Part shown: positions 23,978 through 42,400 of the stretch, in pieces | Position numbering within the stretch: the first letter of the stretch is position 1 | Layout: every line of letters starts with the position of its first letter | Origin: Phoronis australis | Lineage: Eukaryota; Animalia; Phoronida | Direction of reading: 5' to 3' | Length of the DNA: 64,000 nt | Assembly: GCA_002633005.1 (NCBI GenBank) | Contig: NMRA01000009.1 | Coordinates: 1,571,858 to 1,635,857 of the forward strand | Notes under the pieces: generated by a model | Told to the model about the DNA's origin: nothing | The model's input: the letters and a program-made list of their open reading frames with translations, nothing else | Databases searched by the model: none | Position numbers and translations under genes: made by a program

Positions 23978-26900
23978 ACTGAACAGGAGGCTAGTTTAGG
24001 TCCGAGTCGTCCTAGCCGATCCGGGGCTCACATTCTGACGTCACGAATAGCTTTTTTCACCCAGCCAGTCTAGAGGGTCTGTGTAGGAGACAACTGCAAC
24101 TGTGTCAATGAGATAAATTCAGTAGCTCACTTTCTGGACTGTGCACACAATCTTGACGACGACGACATCACTGCTTTCCCATGCCACAGTTTTCGTCTCA
24201 ATCAATCAATCTCTTTATTTATAGTCAGTTTGACGAAACAGACAAACACTAGCCGAAGGCTAATATCACCGACTGTGAATAATAACATAAAAAGCGTAAA
24301 TACTAAAATAATGAACAATAAAATGATGATTAAACAAAACATATAACAAGATGAGAAAAAACACATCGATAAGATATCATGATGGCATACACACACATTC
24401 ACATACACACCAGATAGACAGCTAGGTTAACAGTCGAGCAAACAAGACAGTTTGCAAACAGGCGTTATTTGGTTAAGTTTTGACAAACAGACAGGTTATT
24501 TAGCGAACTAAACGAACAAGTTATTTGGGGGCGAACAGACAAGGTACTTAATTGTCGAACGAACATGCCATGAGCTCTCGCAGACAGGTTGCTCATCAAA
24601 TAAACAAAGTTGGTATTTACACAGAGTGGCGGTCCCATCTAGGCAGGACAGAGGACGCCGTTGCAACTCAAGAAATAATCGAATACTGAGCATGAGCCAG
24701 TACAATTATTCTCCAGTCTTGGGCTGTGGTGGTTTCAGCATTGAAGAGTTTCCTTCATCCTACATAGCGCGACTATTCTCAATTTGTCATCGACCACTAG
24801 GCCCTAAGTCATAAACTTGTGTAATCTGGTGCGTTTACTTAAATGTTGAAATGACGGTTAAAAAATTATAAACAGTAGAACACTAAGATTACGACTCACG
24901 ACTTCAAGCTTGGTTCGACCACTCCGCTCAATTGTCCGAGATCCGATAACTTCTGTTGAAGTGAAATTGTTCATTATGACCGACATGCAATCGCGGTCAT
25001 GCCACTTGTCAATCATTAAACTGTCTTTTTTGCAGTGTTTATCAAAATACGACAGAAAATGAAATAGCCTCAGGATCTATATTACCAAAACTGTAACAAT
25101 CCAGATTCGTTCAATACTTTGGCGCACTTCGGTACCCACAAAGCCTTCGCACGAATTTGTTTCATATGAAAATTATCAAGACATACTCGGTGCTGTCTTT
25201 CTGAAATCTTGGTACAGCAAAATATATGACATCGAAATCCATGTGTGTTACGTTTGCATTGTTGGATTTAAATAATAAAGGGAACATAGTTAGCACCCTC
25301 CATGATTAATGATGATAAAATAATTGTCGCTTTTCCATGGCTAACCATGATAAAATAATTTCCGATTTAGTTGAGCAAAGAGAAACAATTGAGCAGGGAA
25401 AGATAAAGTGAATAAACACGAAAAGAATCGTATGTTGACACCCTAGCTGGTCGGCCAACTCGACCGCTTTGCGCATCTAAGGATCTGTCGCCGCTAGATC
25501 AAATACCTCAGGCTGTTGATGTTTTCGTTCTCTAGATAATGAGACCCATCATGAACACATTGGGGAGACAATAGCATTTTAACTTTTCATTTTGAAAGTT
25601 TGTAAATTGCATTTGAATAGTTCCTAAAGTGCACACGTGATTAGGTTTTCGAATTTAGAAAATGGACAAGAAATATAACTTTTACATATTCTGCTGGCAG
25701 TACAACATGACTGGCAGCAGTTGGATTGTGAGGTAAGCCAAGTGCCATTGTACAATTCTTGGCATGAAGAGTGTCATTCAAATATGAGTTTTTGAAATTC
25801 AAAAAGTTTGCAGAAATGGCTTCATATGACGTTTTTGTCTATCTGTGATAAATTTATTCTATCCTAAATGTGTGTTTTCTTACTAGGGCTATTCCCATTT
25901 CACCTCACAATTGATATTTTTCGCGAGCTGTTCTACGTAAAAATGAAAGTGTACAAAAGAAGGTTTATGTCATGAACGAGTTCGCGACCCACTACCATTG
26001 TTTAATCTCGTGTTGCATACAGTAGTTTTCAACAAAAAAAAACCCGGAAAACGTCACAATTTGAGAAGTTTCGACGCACAAAACCAATAATAAATATCCG
26101 TTTCTATTTGTCGAGAATTCGTTTCAATGCTAGCTAAATCTCGACAGGAGTTGCTCTACACAATTTTTTGCCGAAATCACAACAATTTATTGCGCAATGC
26201 CATTCACAAATAAACAATTAGAGGATAGATGCAGCAACGTCACATTGAAACTGTGACAAACTAAAAGCCTTTTTATTGCGACAAAAGTTCGACTGGACTA
26301 TTAAATAAAAATAATTATTTGGGATGAAGTTCGTCGTAGTTTGACGGAGTTGACAAGAGTGCTGTCGAAGTTTGTCCAGCTTATTTTGAAAACTAATGGT
26401 ACATGGCACAAGCTGAAGCAACCTAACATTAGTCACAAAGCAAAAAAAAACGAGAAGACGTTAATCTCATGGCGCCTATAAGCAATTATGCAAATGCTCG
26501 CGCTTATGCAAACACTTGACAGAAAGTTTTTGTATGAAACAACATTCTGTCGGAATTATACACGCGTGGGCCTCCTCCCAAGCTCACAAGTGTTTGGATT
26601 CGGACACGCCTCCACCGAGGCCTACAGACAGTACCCTGCAGGCCTATACATGTACATAACCACGCAATTTCGCTAAAGGTAAATGTTTTGGGGGCGACAT
26701 GTGCCATCACAATGTCACCGTATATGTTGTAGCACTCCACGCACACCGTCGCTGTATGCGGCAATATATGCTGATAACGCCGACGCAGTATTGTCGGCCA
26801 GGTAACAAATTGTGTCGAGATTGACGGCATCATATTGCCACCTGCTCATACATGTCGAGCGCGAAAATATGACACGACACACGCCTCTGAAAGCTGATTT

Positions 26901-27389
26901 GAAGTTGTTGACGCTTTCATGGAGATCCCGAATTTACCGTGAATCCTCGACAACTCTACATGAGTCGCACATACTTTAGGAAGCTTTGAATCAAAATTGC
27001 AGCAAAAATGAAGCGCAGGAATTTCTCAGCCGGCGTTTGAGGCCTACGCAGTTATTTCTGTTAATAGAGTCAAGAGGCGACATTTGAGGAAGAAGTAAGC
27101 AACATTTGGTCTCAGGCCCCGAGTGATATTAGTCAAAATAACTCATCTCAGATAGCAACACCTGTTGTTTTACTGTCAGGATAGCAGCTGGCTTGATTTG
27201 AGGATATTTTGGCTGTGACTAAACTTATGAACAAGAGCAACGCTNGGGCGTTGAAACGGCACCCACGATAGTGTACCGCAAACGGTGTGCTTGTATGGAT
27301 GTTTTGGTGTTTTAATGATGGTCATTCAATGTCACAGAATGCGTCAAGCCCATCCGAATTGAGAAGGTGGCGTCGTCTCTGTAATACAC

Positions 27390-28250
27390 AGCTATTTGCC
27401 AAATTTCATGAAAATAAGCCAAGGATATATAGGGGCAAACGTAAAAAACAATGGACACTAGGGGGCAGAGCTGTAGTTCGCCGATTGGTCTGAAACTCAT
27501 CGTCATCCGTTGACATCTCGATAGAAGCCTATCTGCCAAATTTCGCAAAATCCTTCAAAGGTTAACGAGTTACAGCCGTAGATGTAAAAAAGCAAAATTG
27601 CCCGTAAGGGGAGCTAGAATAGTCAAAAACATCCGAAAATCATTGTCAGCCAGGGAGCTTCCCATCAGGAACGCAACCATCCGGGTAATTTTCATAATCG
27701 TCCTTCGAGTGGTTTGGCAGATAGAGAGGCAGAAGCCGAAAAACATACGCGCAAAATTTTAAATGGCCACCAGGTGGCACAGAAAACATCAAACTTACTC
27801 AAAAATGGGAAGGCGTTGCCGTACTCTCCTTAATAGAAACATATTTGTCGAAATTTCAAGAAATTATTCATGAACTGCGAAGATACAGAGGTAAACCTAA
27901 CTGAAAATACATTTTGCTACTAGGGGGCACAGTGGTATTAGAATTAGATCGACATTTGTTATCGTTTGTCGTCGGCTCCATAGGAGCACCTTTCAAATTT
28001 CATAAAATTCTTTCATACGGCGATTCCCGGCGGCCGCAGACGCAAAAAGACAAGATCGCCACTTTTAGGGGCGACACAGTAATCGGACCCTTCCGAAAGT
28101 CAACGTCAGTAGTGCCGGCCTACTCACTCACCAACTGATGATCACATCTGTAAATTTTCATCATCAGATCCTTTGAGCCCGGGTATGGCAGATAGAGAGG
28201 CGGACCCCAGAAAATGGACACAAAAAATAACAAAAATGGTCAGGTGACGT
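27390..28250 (+). repeat. Copy of the ~148-bp-monomer repeat family (boundaries approximate)
   Basis: ACACTAGGGGGC (27455), CCACCAGGTGGC (27767), CTACTAGGGGGC (27917), with flanking AAATTTCA and AGATACAGAGGTAAAC blocks shared with 51.4-53.0 kb. Confidence 0.65.
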
Positions 28251-30796
28251 AAAATCCGTCGCATCCGTTCGAAAATGGAGTGTCACCGTCGCTTCCGTAT
28301 TAGACCTCCGCATATGCCTACATTCAGCATTAATATGCCGTCTTTGCAGATGCCTGACGCATTCGTGGATCATGAGTGCGCACTTCACAAGATCCCAAAA
28401 GTGGGCAAACCCCGGTTACTGATGTGTGCACCTTCTCCAAAGTCCACATAAACGATATCTTTATAGACACGCGCTGGGCCTTTGCAGCCTTTCTTAGAAT
28501 TAGTGTACGAGATAAGTATAGGCCTACTTAAAAACCACTTTCAAGTTCATAAAAATATGTGTCCCCGATTTCGATGTACAAATATTTAAAGCGACATATT
28601 GCACTGTTACTAAACTGGTTCAAATGCGTTTCACTCTAACAAAAGTGGTCCCAGTCATGAGAGGCAACTCTTACGCTAACAGGACTTGCACGGACGAGAA
28701 AGCGTGCACTTCGGTTCACCACAGAGAATCAAGAACCACATAGAATCAAGCGAATTCCTATAGTCACTATTCATTGTCTCGGCTGAACTCAGTACGGTCG
28801 TAACCCGGCAGTGTGCCTGCTCAGTAAAAAACGAACAGCAAATAAGGCAAACGACCATCATGACTGGTTTCGAAATTGAAAAGTAAATTATAGCCGTCTT
28901 CGAATTTTTGAAATCCATACATTATAAGGGAAGTTATGAAATAGGTTTTCTTCAGAAGCGCGGCTAAAACAACGCACAGGTGAATCGGCTAGGACAGGTT
29001 TGTCGCAGTCTGGCTTCAAACTCGCATAGGCGTTGGGGTAATAAAACCCCAAATGTTAGCGTAGAAGTTTCCTCATGACACTTTTGGGGCAACCTGTGTA
29101 GAGCATCTACATTACTGTCGGTAGCATGATGGAAACAAATCCAAGTAAATTTCATGGAACCAAGTTTAAAAAGGCTTTAGTTTTCGATCTGGCGCTCTCC
29201 TCAAGCACCACGAAACACCTCTCGACTCTGTTCTTAAGAAAACGCCTGACAGCCACATTTTAGTCAAATTCTCACAAGACGCGCGTTTCCATAGAAACGG
29301 GAATAGCAAAACAAATTTCTTGTTAAAAACCTCCACAACTGTGGATTAGACTGAAGATAGGGACACAATTTTTGGAACATTCGTTAGCACATTTATGTCA
29401 TATTGCAGCTGAAAACAAATCGCTTTTCAAGAACGTTGTAACAAATTTGACGAAAAGTCATTAATGTGACGAAGAGTGCGATATGGGTGTCCTACGTTGA
29501 AACACACTTTCGTCCAGTGCATTTGCAATGAATGTATTCTGTAAACTGTACCTTGATTTAGGGAACATTGTAATTAATTGATTTCCCAATAACCGAATCT
29601 AGAATTTTCAAATAACATGATCTGCATCTGTTGTATGTGAATATTTTTCTAAAGTTTCTCTTGTCACGGTCCGTGGTAAAGTTCATCTCGTCAAAGCTGG
29701 GCGACAGCAAAAGAAAAAACAGTGCATATTCACTTTGCCTTTGCTAACATTCCCATAAAACTGGTGCCAAATGGTCTGACTAGCAGCAGTTATTTGCACC
29801 TTTGTAAGTATTCTATGTGAAAGTTTTTCATCACGTGCTTCGCGGAATCGATAATTCTGATTAGCAGCAATGTGACCTAAGGCGCTGTTAGTTTTCAGGA
29901 ATTGATCAAATTTTACTGCTGAAACAAGACGAAGCGCTATCTCGACATGCAGGCCATTGTTTAGTTCGTTCAGGTATTCTCGCCTTAGCGTCAACTCATC
30001 TCTTCCCAGGCTCACTCGAAGCAGACAATACTGCTCCTACCTATCCCTCAGCACTGGCCCAGTCACAAAGATATCGCCAATGCATTAAAATGAGAAGTCC
30101 GTGTTGGGTCGCGACTGAGAAGATTGTCTACACATATTATTCGTCACCCGGAAAGCAATTGCGGATGGAATTCTGCACAAAATTAGCAAAGGCCACCAAG
30201 TTTATTACATTATTTTAATAAGTTTTTGTTATTCTTTGACTTTCAGACATGTTGAACTAAGTGTGGTAATTGCCAAGATGTCTTGACATTCTCCATTTGT
30301 TGACCTTGACACTACCAGATTGGAGTGTTATTGTGAAATTGTTTTAAGGTGATTAATTTGTAAACAGGATTAATAATGAAGTTACAAAAAAGGCACAATG
30401 ATTAAGATCAGAGCATTCTTCCAAATTATCTGCATTTTTATATTTTCAGTCACTTCACTCCCCCCATTACCTGAACATTTTTGTAGGCAGGTACTGACAT
30501 ACTAACATATCCACTAATATACTGTAAATCAGCTAAGACAAAGTTGATTGCTTGTAAAGTTTGTAACTGAGTGCTGACTGCTTTGTTAAATACAACAAAC
30601 AGAAATATAAAAGAACCATTTTATTTCACAACTATACAAAACTAAATAGACAGTGAAGTGAAGGTGACGATGGCTCACAAGACGACCAACTTGTAAAAGT
30701 GTATGCAAAACAGTACTACTCTTGTCCTTGTAAAGTGGCTCAAGGTTCTGTCATCTCAGTAGACACCAATATGGACTTACAGAATGACGCAATGTC

Positions 30797-36135
<5,339 letters not shown>

Positions 36136-36443
36136 TTTGGAAATGCGGTTCGTTAACAGCAAAATGTAGCCAAGGTACTAAAAATACAAGCCATGTTTGA
36201 AAGAATGCTGTACATTACTGACACAGACATAATTTATTCAAGGTTTTGATGATAATTCAGTGTCTCGAGTTACTTAAAATGCTGTAAAGCATTTTTTATA
36301 AAGCGCAAAAATTACCTTGTCTCTAAATAACCACAATCAGACATCTGTCAAACGCTGTTGAAGTTTGTTTTGCCGGGGATTTTGACTCAAGCGGCAACAT
36401 TCTCAATGACGAAACGGCACTTGTTCTAATAACGTTGACCAAG
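36136..36443. promoter_or_regulatory. Bidirectional promoter / 5'UTR region between MAGOH and WDR83
   Basis: Divergent ATGs 308 bp apart; YY1-like GCCGCCATTTTG overlaps the MAGOH start; candidate minus-strand 5'UTR donor at 36315. Confidence 0.7.
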
Positions 36444-39400
36444 ATGAGCAAGGGAAATGTCCAGAAATTAATCAACACAATTGACTGCAAGCAGCGTGCG
36501 CTGAGAGCAGTGCGATTCAATGGTAGATACTGGAGTTGTTCTGCAAAAGTGTTCATGTGTTGCAGGCGAACTGACTACTGCGAGGCGTTTGCTAGCAACG
36601 AAAGTGAACATACCTTTATATATGCTATAGTTTTGTAGCAACCCTTCGTTAACAGTTGATTAAAACATGACTGTTGAATAGCTTCATGTGTTCAGACACT
36701 TGCTTGTATTTTCTGTTGGCCTACAGTTTTCGATCGCCAGGTATCTAATTATGAGTAAACTACCAATACAACCGACAAAAAACAACTAATTATTCGAGAG
36801 CATGTTTTTAATTATCAGGCACATAGCAAGCCAGTGTCTGTGAAGCTATCCAACAAAAAGAAGTTGTGTTTTTAATAAGTTTATATATGTAACCAAATGA
36901 CACCAACAGGCAACAAGCACTTACTTCACTGAGCAAGAAGTGCATGGAAGCTTGTCTCTTTTTTTAGAGCATTCCTTTCAATGAAAAAGGACTGACTTGG
37001 CTATTTTCTCAACTGAAAAAACAACATTTGTGCAGCAGTCTGATAGCAGCTAATCACAGAATATACTGTGATCGATTAGTGTGTCACGCTGTATTGTAGT
37101 AATTCCTCAAAGGTGTCTTACCTTATGATATGATGCTCCTCAGTATTCAGTGGTCGTGCGTTCAATTGTTTCAGTGGTAGTTCAAGCTTTCCTCCGGTGG
37201 TGCGCCAGCCTTTTGTACCGGCCGCAGAAGGCCGCTGAATATTCATGTAGCGCCCTTATTGGCCGTCACCGGCATATGGGCCGGGACAGCCAACATCGGC
37301 AGTCTCCAAGACGAACAGCAGTCGTCTCTCGCTGCTGACAGAGGGCGCGCGCGGCAGAAGGCCAGCGCAGCAGTGAGACAGGTCAAGTGACGTCTCACTA
37401 CAGTATTGTGAGATATATTGCAATGATGTCGTATAACCTATTAAAATTTCTTTCCTAATAGAATGAACAACTTTGAACTAGGTAAATCTTTTCACATATA
37501 TTGTGAGATGAGGCATATTCTTAAAGAAAGGGTTAAGCTCCTGTGAAGACTTATGCAGTAATGTGTTAGTGGTTCCAATCTGGTGTACTGGTTGATCACT
37601 ATACTAACCTGTGTTTGGCAGTGTTTCTGCTACATGTCTTCCCCAGTAGAATTTCAAGGTTTCCTTCTTTGAAATAGGTGTTAATAATAACCCTCTTTTA
37701 AAGAAGGTGTTCAGCCAGGACCCTCCCTCACCTGAGGGAAGTTGTCTGTGCCTTCTGAGTGGGGATTTTTCAGGTGATAGGGAAAAATCCCCAACCAACG
37801 TCGCCTGGGATCGTGTGAGTTGAAAGTGTTTTTAAACTGGGTATAAATTTTTTCTTCGTTGAAGGAGATTTTTTTGAGCCTGAAGAGGGAGTTTTGCACT
37901 ATTTTGAAATATTTTTCAGAGGGGAACAAAGCTGTTGTTCGGCCTTAAATTGAGGCATTGAGGGCTCTGGCAACTGAACATGGAGCTGTCTTACCCATGT
38001 GGGCCATGGCAGCTGAACATGGAACTATCTTGTCCTTGTGTAGGTTTTTCCACGTTGCCATGTCCATTACAGTATGAGCATATCCCAAGTTTTCATTTTT
38101 GTGTCATATAAACCCACCTGCTCAAGTATATGCCCACCCCTCTTATCTGTCATAAGTAGAGGTAAAACAAACTAGTTTGGAGGGTAGTGCGTCTTTTGTT
38201 AAGTTTGTATTGGTCAATGGATAGTAGTGAAATCCCTCTTACTGTTTGAAGCTTTTATTGTCTGATATGAATGATAAACTGAACGGTTATGTAGGAGCAG
38301 ACAATGCATGTCATCACAATCCAAATTCGAGACTTCTCTCTCTGACCACTGCTAGATGTTTACATTGGAGTCAATTTCCTATGTCGAACCCTTACACGTC
38401 CCATTTGTGTCACTGTAGTTAAAGAAGAAGCCCAATGGCCTATGCTTTAATGTCCCATACACGCCCACCTGCACATAAACCCTCCCATTTTTGGAGCTTC
38501 CCAATTATAAGTGCATGGACTTATGCCTGGATGGATATAGTAACTAAAGAGATTTTACCACGAGTTTCCTGAAAGTGCCCATGACTCCGCCTGTAGTTGT
38601 AACCAGGTAATTGGATTATAGGTGGATCTTAAGCCCAGTAATTTTGTAAAGATTTCGACTTGCATGAATAGCACATCCATGTTAAAAATGTTTTGAAAAA
38701 GTGTTTCATTATTGAAGTGAAATTGGTCATGACTTGGGAAGAGTTATCGCTGGTGCAAAATTGATGGTGACTCGTGAACATGTAATGCTTGAATCCACCT
38801 TGTGTTCAAGTAATGATGCATTCATTTTATTTTTAGTTGATGGGAATCACTGCCGGAGAAAAGTTATCGCTGGTGGGAAATTGATGGTGACTGGCGAACA
38901 TGTAATGCTTGAATCCACCTTGTATTCATGCACTGATGTATTCAAACCTACGCATTTTATTTATAGTTGATGGGAATTACTGTCTTACATGTGGAAGTGA
39001 TAAGTCTGTGAAGTTATGGAGCCCCCACCGAGGCACACTTCTCAAGACATACTCAGGACATGGTTATGAGGTATTCAATATAATAGCCATATTCTGTCAC
39101 ATCTTTTGTGTTTTTACTCTCTTGAATATTTTAATACGATAAGCTAGTATTCCTAATTTTATACTTTGGATCAAATGGAATGAAGTTCTGAGATAGATTC
39201 GGTTTTTGAAGTGGGCAATTTTGACTTGATCCGATTATCACTGTATATGTACTGATTTCGACGTTTGGCAGGATTTTGTATATCTCAAACACTGCTGTTT
39301 GTAGATCCTTTGAAAACTGGATCAGGTGGACAAATAAATTTAGTTGTAATGTATCAAAGAGGCATGGAACGTGTAAGCTCATCAAAAATATCTTTTAAAC

Positions 39401-42400
39401 AATTCCTGACGAAAGTATCATCTCGCAATGCCTGCTACAAAGTTATTCACTTTCACCTGTGAGGGAATTTCCACAAAAAATCACAAATTCACGATTTTTG
39501 AAATACGCGAGAATGAAAAACTCTGTAGTCACCACAGAGTTTCTAATCTTCCTCCCACTTATGACAAATGTTAGCATGCACTCACAGTGATTCAACAAAC
39601 AGCTGAAGGACAAGAAGGATATTAACGGTAGAGTATCATTTGTGATCGCACACGGAACCTGAAGTTGACAACACAATACGAGGCAAGCGAGTGAAGCAAG
39701 AGATTTCACAAAGAGAATTCCAAGTGCGTTTTAGAATATATTTGAATGCTCCGATACTTTTGTAACTAATTTTAAAGATCAGTTGCCTCTTAATCTGGCT
39801 ACTGCTTGGAGTTTGCCATTATTTTGTTTACATCAAATGTCAAAGGTTACATTTCCATACAAGGGAAATGTGCTACGTTTATGTCTTGCCATACCAAATA
39901 AGGAGACGTGTTTCACCTTGTGTGATAAAAATCAACAATGTGACGAGCATGTGACATACCTTTTTTAAATTTGAAACTAAGAGAAAAATGCTCTGACATC
40001 AACAGAAATTCAAAATCTTTATGAGCAAACTGTGAAAATATCTGGTGAACACGTTGAATTCTGTTTCAGTAAAAGAGAATAATGCAATTTAGTCTGTTTT
40101 TAGCATTCCTGTCCTCTTTAATTTCATGCTGCTAATGGTGTCTGCTCTTTTTTATAAATATAGTACAAGTGTAATTCATATCACAGTGAAGAGATAATGA
40201 TTGTCATATCGCACAGTTATGATTGTACACCAACAAAGATAAAAAATACCATTCACGCCACATACAAACCTCACATTCACACAGGGATCAGATGTCTAGA
40301 CTTTTAGCTAAAGAGTGAAATATACAACAGACTATCTATTTTCAAGTTCAATAAATTTACAGTTTTTATAAAAAATAAAATTTTCAACTCTAAGATAATT
40401 TAGAATTTCTATTTTTAGTCGATCTAAACTGTGTGGTAAATTCTTTAGTCTACTTTTATATGCTTTGTGTTTTTGATATTTCACAGGTTTTAGATGCGCA
40501 ATCGTCAAGTGACAGTTCTCAAATCTGTTCGTGTGGTCTTGACAAACATGTCATCTTGTGGGATGTTGCCACAGGAAAAATGCTTAGGAAGTTCAGAGGT
40601 CATGCAGGTTAGTCAAAGGTCACCTGTTGCACCATGCACATGTGCTGCACTAATTCTGTCTCAGATTGTTGGAATTATCAATGGAAACTTCTTGGTTGCA
40701 CTGCAGAAGCAAAAATTTAATATGAAAAGTGTCCTTTTTGTATTCAGTTGGGTTTACACCCTCTCCTGAATTTTCAATAGTTTCATTCTTTTAAGAATTT
40801 AAAACATTCAGGTTTGGTTATAGATCCACCTCCAATTTATGCAGGTGGAACTTTTAACTTCCTCAGAAGTCATCAAGTCTGTGACTGCCCTTCTATGAAG
40901 AATTTTTGATTTCTTACTTGTGTTATTCAGGCAACCAGTTTTATTGGACTCCCTTACAAGAGATGCATGGGTTGTGCTGCTCTGATTAAGGTGACTTTCG
41001 TGACCAGTTTCCTTACAAAAGAGTACCCTACTAAAGGGTGCCATTCTGATTTAATTCCCTCTGAAGTGATTCACTTTGGGAACTTTTTTTTTTCAAATTC
41101 ACAATTCTTCAAAAAAAATTTTTATAATTGTGTGTCGTATATTTTTTAATAAACTTTTGTTTGCAAAAGATGTCTTTATTTTCTACTAAATGTCCTCTCA
41201 TATACTATTTCAGGCATAGTAGCTTGAACACTATCTTGAATGGTAACACTTGAAAATTTGGTCCCTACAGCATGTTAAGAGCATCCCTCTAAAGCAACCA
41301 GTTTCATAAATTGCCAAGTGTAATGAACTGTTAGGCTTATTGGCTAGCTTTTGTCTACATCACCGAGTTTACCTTTTAATTCAAACAGCTGTGAATAACA
41401 CCCGCACGCAATGCTGTTCTATTCAGACCCCTAATTAATACAACTGTTATTGGCCTTTTGTTGTTTGTGGTGGGATCTCGCAGTGATGCAAAATGGCGCA
41501 AAAAGACAACTTCACCTATTATTTGATGGCCCTACACTTGAGTGACTAAACTGGCCTTTTCTTATTTTACTAATGCTTTGCTAGGACTATTTGGTTATCC
41601 CAACATCTAAAATAACAAAATTCTGTTGAAGTTAGGTCTTAAAAATTCATCTTTTCAAGAATCCCTACAAAAGGGTCGTAGGTTTATGGAACTAATCCCT
41701 GCAAATTGTACTGCTTCTGGAACAAGATCCTACTAAAGGGTGTTACTTTTCACGAAAGCTCCCTACACTAACTGGAAAACTGCTATTCCCGGAAATGCGA
41801 TAGTTAGATTGTAGTTGTAATGGAACACCTGTGAAGACAACCAAGATGGCTAGCTTTGTAGTTAACGAGAGAGTGCAAGCAGTAGATGAGGTTGGTCGGT
41901 GGGCAAGAGCTGTGATTTCATTTTTTATGACTGAGAAAAAGCTAGAATAGTTATGTAGTTACTGCAACCAAAATTGTCCAGAAGTTCCAAATCTTCAGTT
42001 AGGGCTGTTCCAGTAAAATCTGTATGGGAGGGGGGGGAAGGCACCTTTTTTTCGCACCCACCACCCATATTTTTCATTTATTTGTTCAGCCTACCACCCG
42101 TAATTTTTTATAAGTTTGAAATGCAACCACCCGTAATTTTTTTTTGTTCTTGTGGTTGACTGCACAGGCGCTTGAGTTTATCTGTTCCTCCATCACCACT
42201 AACGTCATTCATTACTAAGAAAACATATATTTCTTATATATGGTTATTAGCCATCGAGAAATTCGAGCACTTGTGGTTAAATGGTGTTATGGGCATGCTG
42301 ATGAGGAGATCGGAGGGAGTGAAAAAGTCGGAGCTTTTTGCAAGTTGCATTTTTGTTTCAGTTTTTGATTCTGTGCAGATTGTTTATAAAATTTACTAAA

